Assembly: GCA_913062955.1 (NCBI GenBank)
Contig: CAJXZP010000003.1
Span: 45,883 to 109,882 of the forward strand
Direction of reading: 5' to 3'
Length of the DNA: 64,000 nt
Source of the DNA: an uncultured Flavobacteriales bacterium
GTDB taxonomy: Bacteria; Bacteroidota; Bacteroidia; Flavobacteriales_G; Salibacteraceae
Shown here: positions 18,301-27,696 of the stretch, piece by piece
Position numbering within the stretch: the stretch's first letter is position 1
Layout of the letters: every line of letters begins with the position of its first letter
The notes under the pieces: generated by a model
Seen by the model: only the letters and a program-made list of their open reading frames with translations
The model's database searches: none
Told to the model about the DNA's origin: nothing
Translations under genes and position numbers: made by a program

Positions 18301-19645
18301 TGAAGGTAGAATTGCTAAGTTTCAAATTATTTCAACCTTAAATGGTGAAAATAGCTATACCACCCATTATCCTTTTGTGAATTCAAAAAATGAAACGGTA
18401 TCGGCTATCGTTAAGTTTGTTAGAATTGTAAATACCAATCGGGTGATTATTTCTTTAGTAGATGTAACGGAACTAAAAAAAATTGAAACTGAACTGATAA
18501 TTGCCAAGTTGAAAGCTGAGGAAAGCGATCGTTTGAAAACGGAGTTTTTGAATAATCTTTCCCATGAAATTAGGACTCCATTAAATGGAGTAATTGGTTT
18601 CTCTTCCCTATTAGCGGATCCTAATTTAAAGTCTCAAGAAATAAAGGAATACATAAAAATCATTACAAATAGTGGGAATCAATTGGTTCGGATCATTGAC
18701 GAAATAATAGAAATTTCTCAAATCCAAACCAATCAAATCCCCTCAATAAAGGTGCAGGTTTCTATAAATCAACTTTGCGATGATCTGTACTCCGTATTTG
18801 ATATTCAAGCCAAAGAAAAGGGTTTGAAACTTACGCTACGAAAACCCTTGTCGGATACAGATAGTGTGATCTTGATTGATAAAACTAAGTTGCACAAAAT
18901 TTTAAGTAATTTAGTGCAAAATGCGATTAAGTTCACTTCCATTGGGGAGGTATCCTTTGGATATGATTTAGTGAAAAATCAATTGAAGTTTTTTGTCCAA
19001 GACACCGGTATAGGGATTGAAAAAGGAAAATTGGATGTTATTTTTCAGAAATTTGTTCAAGGAAACGAAAATATTGCAGCTGATTATGGCGGTTTAGGTT
19101 TAGGGCTTTCCATCGTAAAAGAGCATATCGAATTACTTAATGGAAATGTAAAAGTGAGTTCTAACCTAAACCAAGGAGCATTATTTGAAGTGATACTACC
19201 CTTTCATCCTGTTTATGATCTTCCGGAAATAACGATGAAACTAAATAAGTTTAAAACCACCGAAAAATGTATGGTTTTGGTGGTTGAAGATGATGAAGTT
19301 AATACCATGTACCTCATTAAGACCCTAAACAAGATAGGTGTGAACTGTCAAATTGTGCATGCTAAAAATGGTCAAGAAGCCGTTGAGATTTGTGAAATGA
19401 ATAGAGAGTTTACACTCATTTTCATGGATATTGGAATGCCCGTGATGAACGGATATAACGCTACGATTGAAATCAAAAGAATGTACCCCAATGTACCTAT
19501 TGTAGCTCAAACGGCCTATGCTTCATTGGAAGATAGAGAAAAAATGAAAAAAGTGGGTATGGATGATTTTCTGGTGAAACCCATAGAACGTATGGATTTA
19601 ATAAAAGTATTAACTAAGTATTTTGAATTAGCGCCTAGCGAGTAA
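15365..19645 (+). CDS. Cytoplasmic hybrid sensor histidine kinase (multi-PAS, GAF, HisKA, HATPase, REC)
   Basis: FLNNLSHEIRTPL H-box; NLVQNAIKFT, QDTGIGI, GLGLGLSI; receiver IFMDIGMP...KP; IHPDD PAS; GVIDSEH GAF; no TM. Confidence 0.93.
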   Translation: MGIVNVHELGSKLFSQDHRGYYENQSIIFLVNSLTGKIEFVSNSVFNYLDYTALFYSNLKSFWEIVKTDCPPFVDSHEVSGFLQRDKKRIELLNSKGKSSLFFCEVITSPVLKEGKGIVELHLFPKRVKTSTPEVEKRICEIVDAIKNQIPVFTNNGLDALFISENGICIGQNDAARKVFGYSDSEIIGMTGETLVEPTYLDLVQQNFANGIATPYEIKMITKGGVTFYAEIQGKDIDYRGNVVRVSALKDIDERKKAELIIQEHKINLKKSNEALHSKTLFLEAINEFIIQLHAVHTVPELYQVLLDLLEKKFDFEDCIIFKFHPETEKLIEHSRKQNNRNKEPYVISNFVGIVGACAKDRKPVLVRDIELDSRYVNDGANGSSELSVPLLINNQLYGVIDSEHSKKDYYTTEHIEVMVTIASIASERIKNIESEIQLKESELKHRLIFEKAQDAIFLSKNNIWVDCNQMAVDMFGCSSKKELLGQNPFVFSPVIQPSGKLSKEVGLQLKINAAAGDSQYFDWVHTKLDGTPFYAEVSLNRFELNGENFIQSIVRDVSKAYGLNQNIRKNSELYRTLLDLTSSVAWEYDLSAEKYNYISPQIKSISGYTRSEWQVIRFWDNIIHPDDRDRVIKFSQYNIALKRDYNHKYRIIRKDGSIGWLHDVVTVMYENEHSITLRGCFLDITAQKRTEKIKREFTEALQTKVNELQIAKHNFEEIFEESRIALLQDDLTEFIKSVKILIDNGVSFEQMVSDHMVDFRVCLSKIKLVKLNKAAVNLFQASNKKELNSRIKEILTNHTRMAFVQVVKQIFEGQIEFKIQTELNGLKGREITGEAELFVKVDPNTNRTICHTSIVDVTDRVLNEIELARHNNSLQLLSKQLTEKNGRLVDSEARLEALFQDNPVPMWEEDISQMLLELDDVKDSVLHFDQYMVEHPAFLAKCLFGIKILRANKAGLKLFGAKDTSELRKLLFKAFESNEGRIAKFQIISTLNGENSYTTHYPFVNSKNETVSAIVKFVRIVNTNRVIISLVDVTELKKIETELIIAKLKAEESDRLKTEFLNNLSHEIRTPLNGVIGFSSLLADPNLKSQEIKEYIKIITNSGNQLVRIIDEIIEISQIQTNQIPSIKVQVSINQLCDDLYSVFDIQAKEKGLKLTLRKPLSDTDSVILIDKTKLHKILSNLVQNAIKFTSIGEVSFGYDLVKNQLKFFVQDTGIGIEKGKLDVIFQKFVQGNENIAADYGGLGLGLSIVKEHIELLNGNVKVSSNLNQGALFEVILPFHPVYDLPEITMKLNKFKTTEKCMVLVVEDDEVNTMYLIKTLNKIGVNCQIVHAKNGQEAVEICEMNREFTLIFMDIGMPVMNGYNATIEIKRMYPNVPIVAQTAYASLEDREKMKKVGMDDFLVKPIERMDLIKVLTKYFELAPSE

Positions 19646-19656
19646 CAAGGATGACC

Positions 19657-19688
19657 TTGATTCCATTTATTTGTTGGAATCAAATTTT
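19657..19688 (+). terminator. Hairpin between the two kinase genes
   Basis: TTGATTCCA / TGGAATCAA 9-bp stem followed by a short T-rich tract. Confidence 0.45.
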
Positions 19689-19819
19689 GTAAAATTGATG
19701 GTTTTATCTATCTTTTAAACCATCAATCAATGAGTATAACCTAATCTGAATATCTTAAGTAATTTTCCGAAGATGGCGAGAAGGTTTAAATATTTTTGAA
19801 TACCTGAAAAGCAAAATGA

Positions 19820-22800
19820 ATGGAAAACCTAATTGATCCAAATACCAGCTCTATTTCTGTATTAACGGAACCGCAAAATGTGGGGATTACTTTTTTCCTT
19901 AATAATGATCGGGGGGGAAGTGTGAAATTTGCGTCCTCTAATTTTACCAATTTTTTTAATCTGAGTTCGGGTTTTTTTTTGGAAAATTCAGTGAACTTTA
20001 TTTCTATGCTTTGCAAAGAGGAGAATTTTGAAATATTCACCGATTCGCCCCATGACCTTGGGGGGGATTTAAACCGGTTCAATAAACAATATCTAGCGTT
20101 TGAAAATTCAAAACCGCTATATGAACGGTTTTATTGTACCGTAAAGGAGTTACGGAATACGGATAATAAAGTCGAATTTTATGAGCTTAACTTGTTCTTG
20201 CCAGATGTAATTAAAGATGTTGATTTGTTATATGACTCGACCATTAATGTGGGGAGTCAGATACCCATGTTGGCCAATAATAGTTTTGAAGCATTACTAA
20301 TAACCGAAAATGGATTTTGTATTGGTTTAAATTCTGCTGCGGCAAAAATATTTGGATTTAAGGAAGATGAGGTTCTTGGTAAACACGCATCAACAATAAT
20401 ACACCCTAGCAGCCAGGCATTGGTATTTGAAAATATGAAAAATGGGGTGACGGAGCCCTATGAAATGCTAGCCGTAAAGAAAGGGGGAGATCTTTTTCAT
20501 GCCGAAGCTCAAGGGAAAACGGTGGTAATTGGGAATAGAAACATTAGAATTACCTCATTAAGAGATATTTCTGATCGCAAAAAAGCCGAGGGTTTATTAC
20601 GCACAGAAAAGGAATCCCTTAAAGAATCTAATATAGAACTAAAATCAAAAACCATTTTCTTAGAGGCTATAAATGAACTGACCCGTAAATTGGGAAGTAT
20701 TCATTTTGTGGACGAACTTTTTTGGGTGCTTATTGAGTTAGTTCAAAATAAGTTTGGCTTTACGGATTGTGTCGTGTACCAATTGGATTCGGAAACAAAT
20801 AACCTGGTGGAGAAAAAGCGAAATAGGGATGGTTCATCCTCTAATATGAAGCCCTTGGTATTTAGAAATTTTGAAGGAATTGTTGGTGCTTGTGCACGAA
20901 CGAAAAAAACCATCCTAGTAAAGGATATTAAACTAGATTCTAGGTATATATCCGATGGCTTTAATGGTCGTTCCGAAATCGCTGTTCCAATTTTGATAGA
21001 TAACCAAGTTTTTGGGGTGATTGATTCGGAGCATGCGGAAGTAAATTATTTTACCTTATCTCATCAGGAAGTTTTGACTACAATTGCTACCCTAGCGGGG
21101 GCAAGAATAAAAAATATAAAAGCAGAATTATTGGTGAAAAAAAGTGAGTCATTGTACCGAAAGTTATTGGAAATAACTTCTTCGGTAGCCTGGGAATATG
21201 ATTTGAAGAACTCTAAAATTAGCTACATGAGTTCTCAGATTGAAAGGATTACAGGTTACCATAAATCGGAATGGGTGGACTATGATTTTTGGGTTTCTAT
21301 CGTGCATCCAGATGATAGAGAAAGAGCGAGGAATTATTGTGAAAAACATATTGCTTTGGGACTCAATTATAATCATGAATACAGAATAATTAGGGAAAAT
21401 GGAACCATTGGGTGGTTTCATGAAGTAGTCACCGTTTTAATAGAAAATGGAAAACCAGTCACTAAAAGAGGTTGTTTTTTGGATATTACCAAGGAGAAAG
21501 AGGCGGGAATTGAAAAAAAGAAATTCACGCAAGAATTACAAGAAAAAGTGGATGAACTGGAAGTAGCGAAAAGGAAATTTGAGAATATTTTTGATGAAAG
21601 TAGGGTCGCACTGATGGAGCAAGATTTTTCTGAGTTTTTGATTGGGATTCAAAAGGATAAGAGATTTGAGGATTCTTGGGATGAGTCCGTAAAACTAAAT
21701 TCCAATTGGTTTCTGGAACATATGGACAAAGTAAAAGTCAATATGGTTAACCAGGCATCCGTGAAACTTTTTGAAGCAAAAAACAAACGGGAGTTAATGG
21801 CCCGGATAACGGAGATAGTAACCACTAAAGCAATTCACGGATTTATTCAGGTAACCAAAGGGGTTTTAAATGGGGATATGGAATCTACGGTTCAAACGCA
21901 ATTAAAAACGTTAAACGGAGATGAACTTACAGGTGTCGTTAAATTTTTCTTTAAAATAGATGAGAAAAACAATAAGTTAATGGCCAATGTGTCCATTTTA
22001 AACGTGACAGAAAGGGTGAAAAACGAAAGGCAACTGTCTCAACATAATAAATCCTTACAAGCTTTGAGTCGAAAATTGTCGGTTAACAATAAAATGTTGC
22101 TGCATAGCGAGGCAAATTTAGAAGTCCTTTTTCAAGAAAATCCGGTATCTATTGTTGAATTTGGAATTTCGGAATTAATTAAGGTGCTGGAAGGGAAAGA
22201 TATGAGTCATGTAAACTTTCTGAAACTAATGGATGATGATTCCGAGTTCCTAAAGTTTTGCATGACCAAACTGACTATTTTGAAGGCTAATAAACGGCTT
22301 TTTAAGTTACTTGGACAAACATCTATTTTGGATGTTCAAGAAAGTATGGTAACGAATCAAAACACCCACTTTCTAACTTTTTTTAGACGTTTAATTTCCG
22401 AATTGCATTTTGGTAATACTAAATTTAGTGGTCATACAGAGTTGGTCCATGTTTCTGGTGAAAAAATCTTTACCTTGATAAAAGTGGTCATAATGCAAAG
22501 CACGGGAAATGCATTGGTTTCCATTGTTAATATTAGTGAGATAAAACGGGTCGAACAGGAACTTCGAATCGCAAAAATGAAAGCGGAAGAAGGAGAGCGG
22601 TTAAAAACAGAATTTTTAAATAATTTGTCTCACGAAATTCGAACCCCATTGAATGGAGTGATTGGTTTTTCAAATATTTTGGCAGAAGAAAATCCAGGAA
22701 GAGAGCAAGCACAGCAATATGCCAAAATAATTCGAAACAGTGGGAATCAATTGATTCATATTATTGATGAGATCATTGAAATCTCAAAATTGCAGACCAA

Positions 22801-23728
22801 TCAAGCACATACACGTGAAGTCTCGGTTTGTTTAAACCACCTAACGAACGAATTATTTGCCATTTTTAGACTGGAGTCAAAAGAAAAGAACATAACTTTC
22901 GATATGAGTCAATCGCTATCGGATAAGGAAAGTACCATTTTGGTTGATGATATCAAATTACAGAAAATACTTAGTAATTTACTGCAAAATGCTTTTAAAT
23001 TCACTCGTTCCGGTGAGATTTCTTTTGGTTATATATTGGTAAATGAGGAGTTAGAATTTTTTGTTTCCGATACAGGAATTGGAATTGAAGAAAGTAAAAT
23101 GGATCGAATTTTTGAGAAATTTGCCCAAGCTGACAAATCCATTTCAGCTGATTATGGAGGGCTAGGTTTAGGACTCTTTATTGTCAAAGAACATGTGGAT
23201 CTATTGAAGGGATCTACCCGAGTAGAATCTACCGTAAACGAAGGGACTACATTTAGGGTACGGATACCTTACAATTCCATTTATAAAGAGCAATCATTCC
23301 ACCAAAGTCCATTAATTAATTCGGAAAAGGAAATAAGCAAAGCAAGTGCTATTTTGGTAGTGGAAGACGATCAAGTAAATGCCTTATATTTAAAGTCTCT
23401 GTTAAAAAAAATAGGCGTTGGATGTCGGGTGATTTATGCGAAAAATGGAGAAGAAGCCGTTTCGGCTTGTACCCCCGAAAATGGCATTGTTTTGATATTA
23501 ATGGATATTGGAATGCCTGTAATGGATGGGTATCAGGCCACAAAAATCATTAAGTCTAAAATGCCCCATATTCCCATAATTGCCCAAACAGCCTATTCGA
23601 CTTCCGAAGATCAAGAAAAAATTGCGAACGTAGGGATGGATGATTTTATTGCGAAACCCATTGACCGAAATAAACTTCAGAATGTATTATTAAAATATAT
23701 TTCTCTCCAAGAGGTTGAATTAAACTAG
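19820..23728 (+). CDS. Cytoplasmic hybrid sensor histidine kinase, paralog of the upstream gene
   Basis: Same FLNNLSHEIRTPLNGVIGFS H-box, LMDIGMP receiver, collinear PAS and GAF blocks. Confidence 0.93.
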   Translation: MENLIDPNTSSISVLTEPQNVGITFFLNNDRGGSVKFASSNFTNFFNLSSGFFLENSVNFISMLCKEENFEIFTDSPHDLGGDLNRFNKQYLAFENSKPLYERFYCTVKELRNTDNKVEFYELNLFLPDVIKDVDLLYDSTINVGSQIPMLANNSFEALLITENGFCIGLNSAAAKIFGFKEDEVLGKHASTIIHPSSQALVFENMKNGVTEPYEMLAVKKGGDLFHAEAQGKTVVIGNRNIRITSLRDISDRKKAEGLLRTEKESLKESNIELKSKTIFLEAINELTRKLGSIHFVDELFWVLIELVQNKFGFTDCVVYQLDSETNNLVEKKRNRDGSSSNMKPLVFRNFEGIVGACARTKKTILVKDIKLDSRYISDGFNGRSEIAVPILIDNQVFGVIDSEHAEVNYFTLSHQEVLTTIATLAGARIKNIKAELLVKKSESLYRKLLEITSSVAWEYDLKNSKISYMSSQIERITGYHKSEWVDYDFWVSIVHPDDRERARNYCEKHIALGLNYNHEYRIIRENGTIGWFHEVVTVLIENGKPVTKRGCFLDITKEKEAGIEKKKFTQELQEKVDELEVAKRKFENIFDESRVALMEQDFSEFLIGIQKDKRFEDSWDESVKLNSNWFLEHMDKVKVNMVNQASVKLFEAKNKRELMARITEIVTTKAIHGFIQVTKGVLNGDMESTVQTQLKTLNGDELTGVVKFFFKIDEKNNKLMANVSILNVTERVKNERQLSQHNKSLQALSRKLSVNNKMLLHSEANLEVLFQENPVSIVEFGISELIKVLEGKDMSHVNFLKLMDDDSEFLKFCMTKLTILKANKRLFKLLGQTSILDVQESMVTNQNTHFLTFFRRLISELHFGNTKFSGHTELVHVSGEKIFTLIKVVIMQSTGNALVSIVNISEIKRVEQELRIAKMKAEEGERLKTEFLNNLSHEIRTPLNGVIGFSNILAEENPGREQAQQYAKIIRNSGNQLIHIIDEIIEISKLQTNQAHTREVSVCLNHLTNELFAIFRLESKEKNITFDMSQSLSDKESTILVDDIKLQKILSNLLQNAFKFTRSGEISFGYILVNEELEFFVSDTGIGIEESKMDRIFEKFAQADKSISADYGGLGLGLFIVKEHVDLLKGSTRVESTVNEGTTFRVRIPYNSIYKEQSFHQSPLINSEKEISKASAILVVEDDQVNALYLKSLLKKIGVGCRVIYAKNGEEAVSACTPENGIVLILMDIGMPVMDGYQATKIIKSKMPHIPIIAQTAYSTSEDQEKIANVGMDDFIAKPIDRNKLQNVLLKYISLQEVELN

Positions 23729-24366
23729 TACCATTTTTTTTCTCCGGCCCTAATTTTTGCATTTAAAGTGTTGCGAATTGGAGGGATAGGACACGAGAAT
23801 AATCCATTGTAATGACAGTAAGGATTATATGCCAAATTGAAATCTAGAGTGACAGAATCGGAAGTGTCAGAAAATGGAATTTCTAGGTAACGACCGCCTC
23901 CGTAAGTTTCGCTGCCATTGGTTTCATCATAAAATGGAATAAATAATTCGTTTGACAGTGAGTTCATAAGAACAAATCCCTGGAGTTGATGTTTTTGGGA
24001 TTCTAGTACAAAGGAAATATTTGCGTAAAGTAACATATTGGATATTTCTCCGTTCGTTGTGGTCATTCGAACAGGAGTTCCGGTGGTTAGAACTTGAAGT
24101 TCCCCATCAATTTTCCAGTTTTTAGAAATTTGAAAATATTTTAACCCTGTAAATGCTTCTCTTGATTTTTTCGGAATGGGGGAGCTTAAATTGTTTTTAA
24201 AGTCCAAATCCTTCCGTTTTCTAAGATCCGAAATTTGGTCTGGATACAATAATTCGTCTGTATTGTTTTTTACGGAAGTGGAGCAACCTATTCCATAAAA
24301 CGAACCCAAACTCAAGGTAAATAATGTTGCTAATAATGACCATCTCATTCTGTTCAAAAATAGCAT
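23725..24366 (-). CDS. DUF1684 domain lipoprotein
   Basis: FTGLKYF, LFIPFYDETNGSETYGGGRYL, LDFNLAYNPYC...CPIPP..N.L...IRAGEK. Confidence 0.88.
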   Translation of the reverse strand: MLFLNRMRWSLLATLFTLSLGSFYGIGCSTSVKNNTDELLYPDQISDLRKRKDLDFKNNLSSPIPKKSREAFTGLKYFQISKNWKIDGELQVLTTGTPVRMTTTNGEISNMLLYANISFVLESQKHQLQGFVLMNSLSNELFIPFYDETNGSETYGGGRYLEIPFSDTSDSVTLDFNLAYNPYCHYNGLFSCPIPPIRNTLNAKIRAGEKKWY

Positions 24367-24385
24367 TTTTAGATCGTACCAAACC

Positions 24386-24416
24386 TTTGAATTCCCTTGG
24401 AATTTATTTACGTTTG
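24386..24416 (+). promoter_or_regulatory. Bacteroidota sigma70 promoter for gcvT
   Basis: TTTG (24386-24389), 19-nt spacer, TACGTTTG (24409-24416). Confidence 0.6.
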
Positions 24417-24504
24417 GTGCCTTGTGAAATTTCGTGAAACCACTTTGTTTTCTCGTATTTCACCCAATTTCCAAAAGAGGTTTCTCTTTTTTTAAGTATT
24501 GATT

Positions 24505-25590
24505 ATGAAAGATTTAGTTTTAAAAGATAGTCACATCGCCATGGGCGGTAAAATGGTGGAGTTTGCAGGTTATAACATGCCGGTCACCTTCGCTGGATTA
24601 ATGGAAGAACATCACACGGTAAGAAATGACGTAGGTGTTTTTGATGTTTCGCATATGGGTGAGTTTTTTGTTACCGGACCAAAAGCAACAGAATTAGTTC
24701 AAAAAATTACATCCAATAACGTAAACTCTCTTTTTAATGGGAAAATTATGTATGCTACCCTCCCAAATGGTACGGGTGGAATTGTGGATGATTTATTGGT
24801 CTACCGAATTACGGAAGAAAACTATTTGTTAGTCGTTAATGGTGCCAACGTAGAAAAGGATTGGGATTGGGTGAACAAACAAAATACCATGGGGGCTGTT
24901 TTATCAAACCAATCGGATGATTATTGTCTTTTTGCTGTGCAAGGGCCAAAGGCTTCAGATGCATTGCAGGGTTTGACTGAAATCAACATGCACGATATGG
25001 TGTATTATACCTTTCAAATTGGAACGTTTGCCGGGGTATCCGATGTCGTTGTTTCAGCGACTGGATATACAGGATCTGGTGGTTTTGAAATTTATGTAAA
25101 AAATGCCGATGCTAAAACGGTGTTTGAGGCCATATTCAAATCGGGTGAAGCTCAAGGAATCAAACCTATTGGATTGGGGGCTCGTGATACCTTACGTTTA
25201 GAAAAAGGTTTCTGTTTATATGGAAATGATATTGATGATACGACCTCTCCTTTGGAAGCAGGTTTAGGGTGGGTAACTAAATTTGTGGATGGAAACGATT
25301 TCATCGATAGAGATTATTTAGCGAAACAAAAAGAAGCTGGGTTAAAACGTAGACTTGTTGGTTTTGAAATGGTTGAAAAAGGGATTCCCCGACAAGGATA
25401 TGATATCCTAGATATGGAGGGGAATAAAATTGGAAATGTAACCTCTGGTACGCAATCCCCTTCCTTAAGTAAAGGGATTGGAATGGGGTATATTAATCTG
25501 CCATTTAATAAAAAGGAAACCGAAATCCAAATCCAAATCCGTAAGAAAACCATTAAAGCGGTTGTTGTGGGTATTCCATTCTTAAAATAA
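24505..25590 (+). CDS. gcvT: Glycine cleavage system aminomethyltransferase T
   Basis: FAGYNMP, FDVSHMGE, TGYTGSGGFE, GLGARDTLRLEKG. Confidence 0.96.
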   Translation: MKDLVLKDSHIAMGGKMVEFAGYNMPVTFAGLMEEHHTVRNDVGVFDVSHMGEFFVTGPKATELVQKITSNNVNSLFNGKIMYATLPNGTGGIVDDLLVYRITEENYLLVVNGANVEKDWDWVNKQNTMGAVLSNQSDDYCLFAVQGPKASDALQGLTEINMHDMVYYTFQIGTFAGVSDVVVSATGYTGSGGFEIYVKNADAKTVFEAIFKSGEAQGIKPIGLGARDTLRLEKGFCLYGNDIDDTTSPLEAGLGWVTKFVDGNDFIDRDYLAKQKEAGLKRRLVGFEMVEKGIPRQGYDILDMEGNKIGNVTSGTQSPSLSKGIGMGYINLPFNKKETEIQIQIRKKTIKAVVVGIPFLK

Positions 25591-25603
25591 AATAGTATAA
25601 TTG

Positions 25604-25638
25604 AAATCTGGTAGGAGAATGTTTGTACTAGATTTTTC
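25604..25638 (+). terminator. Terminator-like hairpin after gcvT
   Basis: AAATCTGGTA / TACTAGATTT 10-bp stem (one G-U) followed by Ts. Confidence 0.45.
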
Positions 25639-25668
25639 TATTTCTGCTATAGATCAAAACAAAAGTTT

Positions 25669-26409
25669 ATGCCTTTAATTGAAGTTAGTTATACACCCGA
25701 AAATTTTGAAGTTTACGATTCTTCCGAAAGTATTGTAGTCGTTAACGATATATTCAGAGCTACCAGTGCTATTTGCACCGCTTTTGAGCATGGTGCAAAA
25801 GCGATGATTCCTGTTGAAACTATTGAAGAAGCTCGAGCGTTGCAGAAAAAAGGCTATTTAGCTGGTGCAGAAAGAAACGCAGAAAAAGTAGAAGGATTTG
25901 ACTTTGGGAATTCGCCTTATGATTACATGGGTGATAATATTAAGGGGAAAACTTTAGTGTTGACCACCACCAATGGTACACGTGCTATTGAAATGGCCAA
26001 AAAGAACTCTGAAGTTATTGTTATCGGTTCATTTTTAAATATATCCGCCCTTTCAAAATGGCTCGTAGGACAAAAGAAAAATGTAATTATTTTATGCTCC
26101 GGTTGGAAGGGTAGAATAAATCTGGAAGATTCACTTTTTGCAGGTGCATTAACAAAAGAACTAATTCAGGATGGAACCTATTCCATGGAGCATGATGTAG
26201 AAGATTCAGCGTTAATTGCGATGCATTTATTTGAAATGGCTCAAAAAGATCCTGAAAAATTATTGAAAGTATCTTCGCATAGAAGACGCCTAGCACGATT
26301 GAACTTAAAAGAGGATATTCGTTTTTGCCTGACTCTAAATACCACCAATAAGATTCCAATTTTAATAGGGGATGAGTTGGTTGATTTAGAAACGACCGAT
26401 CTAAAGTAA
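25669..26409 (+). CDS. comB: 2-phosphosulfolactate phosphatase family protein
   Basis: VVNDIFRATS, AGAER, FDFGNSP, TTTNGT, NLEDSLFAG. Confidence 0.9.
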   Translation: MPLIEVSYTPENFEVYDSSESIVVVNDIFRATSAICTAFEHGAKAMIPVETIEEARALQKKGYLAGAERNAEKVEGFDFGNSPYDYMGDNIKGKTLVLTTTNGTRAIEMAKKNSEVIVIGSFLNISALSKWLVGQKKNVIILCSGWKGRINLEDSLFAGALTKELIQDGTYSMEHDVEDSALIAMHLFEMAQKDPEKLLKVSSHRRRLARLNLKEDIRFCLTLNTTNKIPILIGDELVDLETTDLK

Positions 26410-26415
26410 TTGTTT

Positions 26416-27654
26416 CTAAAGGAATCGGATGCCAATAAAAATCAAGGAGAAAATAACGAGAGTCACTAAACCGATATAACTGACCATTTTCGTGAATTTG
26501 GAAGGTATATATTCTCCAGTAATTTCTTTTGATTCCATAACACGTACATTTAGATACGCCAGAATAGGGGCCGTTAAAAAGGAGAGGGTAGTCGCAAAAT
26601 CTACTAAAGATTTCATATTGGATCCAAACTGCCAAATAACTAACATTGCTCCTGAACCCAATAGGATTAGCCAAAATCGGTAATTCGTTTTTGGGGCTAA
26701 CTTGTTTTGCTCAAAAATAATCTCCAAGGTCGAAACCATCACTTTTGACAATCCATCCATGACCGAGATAGTGGTGCTAAACATGGTTGTAAATGCGGCT
26801 ATTGAAATTATAGGAATCGCCCAGTTACCCAGTGCATTTGCATAGGCTTCTATTATTTGTCCTGAGAATACTACGGCACTAGAGGATAGTTCAGTGCCGG
26901 TGTTAAATAACATTTGAGCTCCAAGAATGACAAAACATAAAGCCAAGAATGCGGTTCCCCAGTACCCAATCGAAAAATCGAATAAGCTATGTTTTAAGTT
27001 TTGAGGGCTACTAGGTACTGACTTTTCTTGGCTCCAAACCGAGTACCAAACCGAAATATCTATTGGAGCGGGCATCCATCCTATAAATGCGATTAAGAAG
27101 AATAAATGGGAGCTGTTTGAAAAATCAAATGGGGCAGAGTTTCCAGTTTTTGGAACATCTCCAAAGAAACTAGCTACAGCAGCGGCCACTGTCGTTAAGG
27201 CCAGAACCACCATGATGACCTTCATTAGCTTGTCCAATAAACGGAGTTTCCCTATTCCTAGAAAAGTCATGGCCACTACCGTTATCAGAATCATCCAAAT
27301 CCAAATACCCCAATCGGTGTGGCTTACATATTTGGCGAGACCGGCTGTAACCATTGTGATAGCCCCTTGAATGATAAACATCGTTCCAACGGTCAAGAAT
27401 AGAAACAACCAAACGGCCCAAGTTCCTAATTTTTTATACCCATGGAGTAAACTTTTGCCAGTAGCTGCAGTATACCTAGGGCCATATTGAAAAAATGGAT
27501 ATTTAAGGAAGTTAGCGAGAACGACTACAATTAACATACTAAATCCAAAGCTAGCTCCGGCTCGAGTAGATTGTACTAAATGAGATACACCAATAGCAGC
27601 ACCGGCATATAGTAATCCTGGGCCAAGTTTTTGAAGGATGGAGGAGCTGTTCAT
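26416..27654 (-). CDS. NRAMP-related (APC-fold) transporter
   Basis: GPGLLYAGAAIGVSHLVQSTRAGA, GWMPAP; about 11 hydrophobic segments. Confidence 0.8.
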   Translation of the reverse strand: MNSSSILQKLGPGLLYAGAAIGVSHLVQSTRAGASFGFSMLIVVVLANFLKYPFFQYGPRYTAATGKSLLHGYKKLGTWAVWLFLFLTVGTMFIIQGAITMVTAGLAKYVSHTDWGIWIWMILITVVAMTFLGIGKLRLLDKLMKVIMVVLALTTVAAAVASFFGDVPKTGNSAPFDFSNSSHLFFLIAFIGWMPAPIDISVWYSVWSQEKSVPSSPQNLKHSLFDFSIGYWGTAFLALCFVILGAQMLFNTGTELSSSAVVFSGQIIEAYANALGNWAIPIISIAAFTTMFSTTISVMDGLSKVMVSTLEIIFEQNKLAPKTNYRFWLILLGSGAMLVIWQFGSNMKSLVDFATTLSFLTAPILAYLNVRVMESKEITGEYIPSKFTKMVSYIGLVTLVIFSLIFIGIRFL

Positions 27655-27696
27655 GAAAGAGCAAAAAAAAAGTAGGGCGAACCCTACTTTTTTGAT

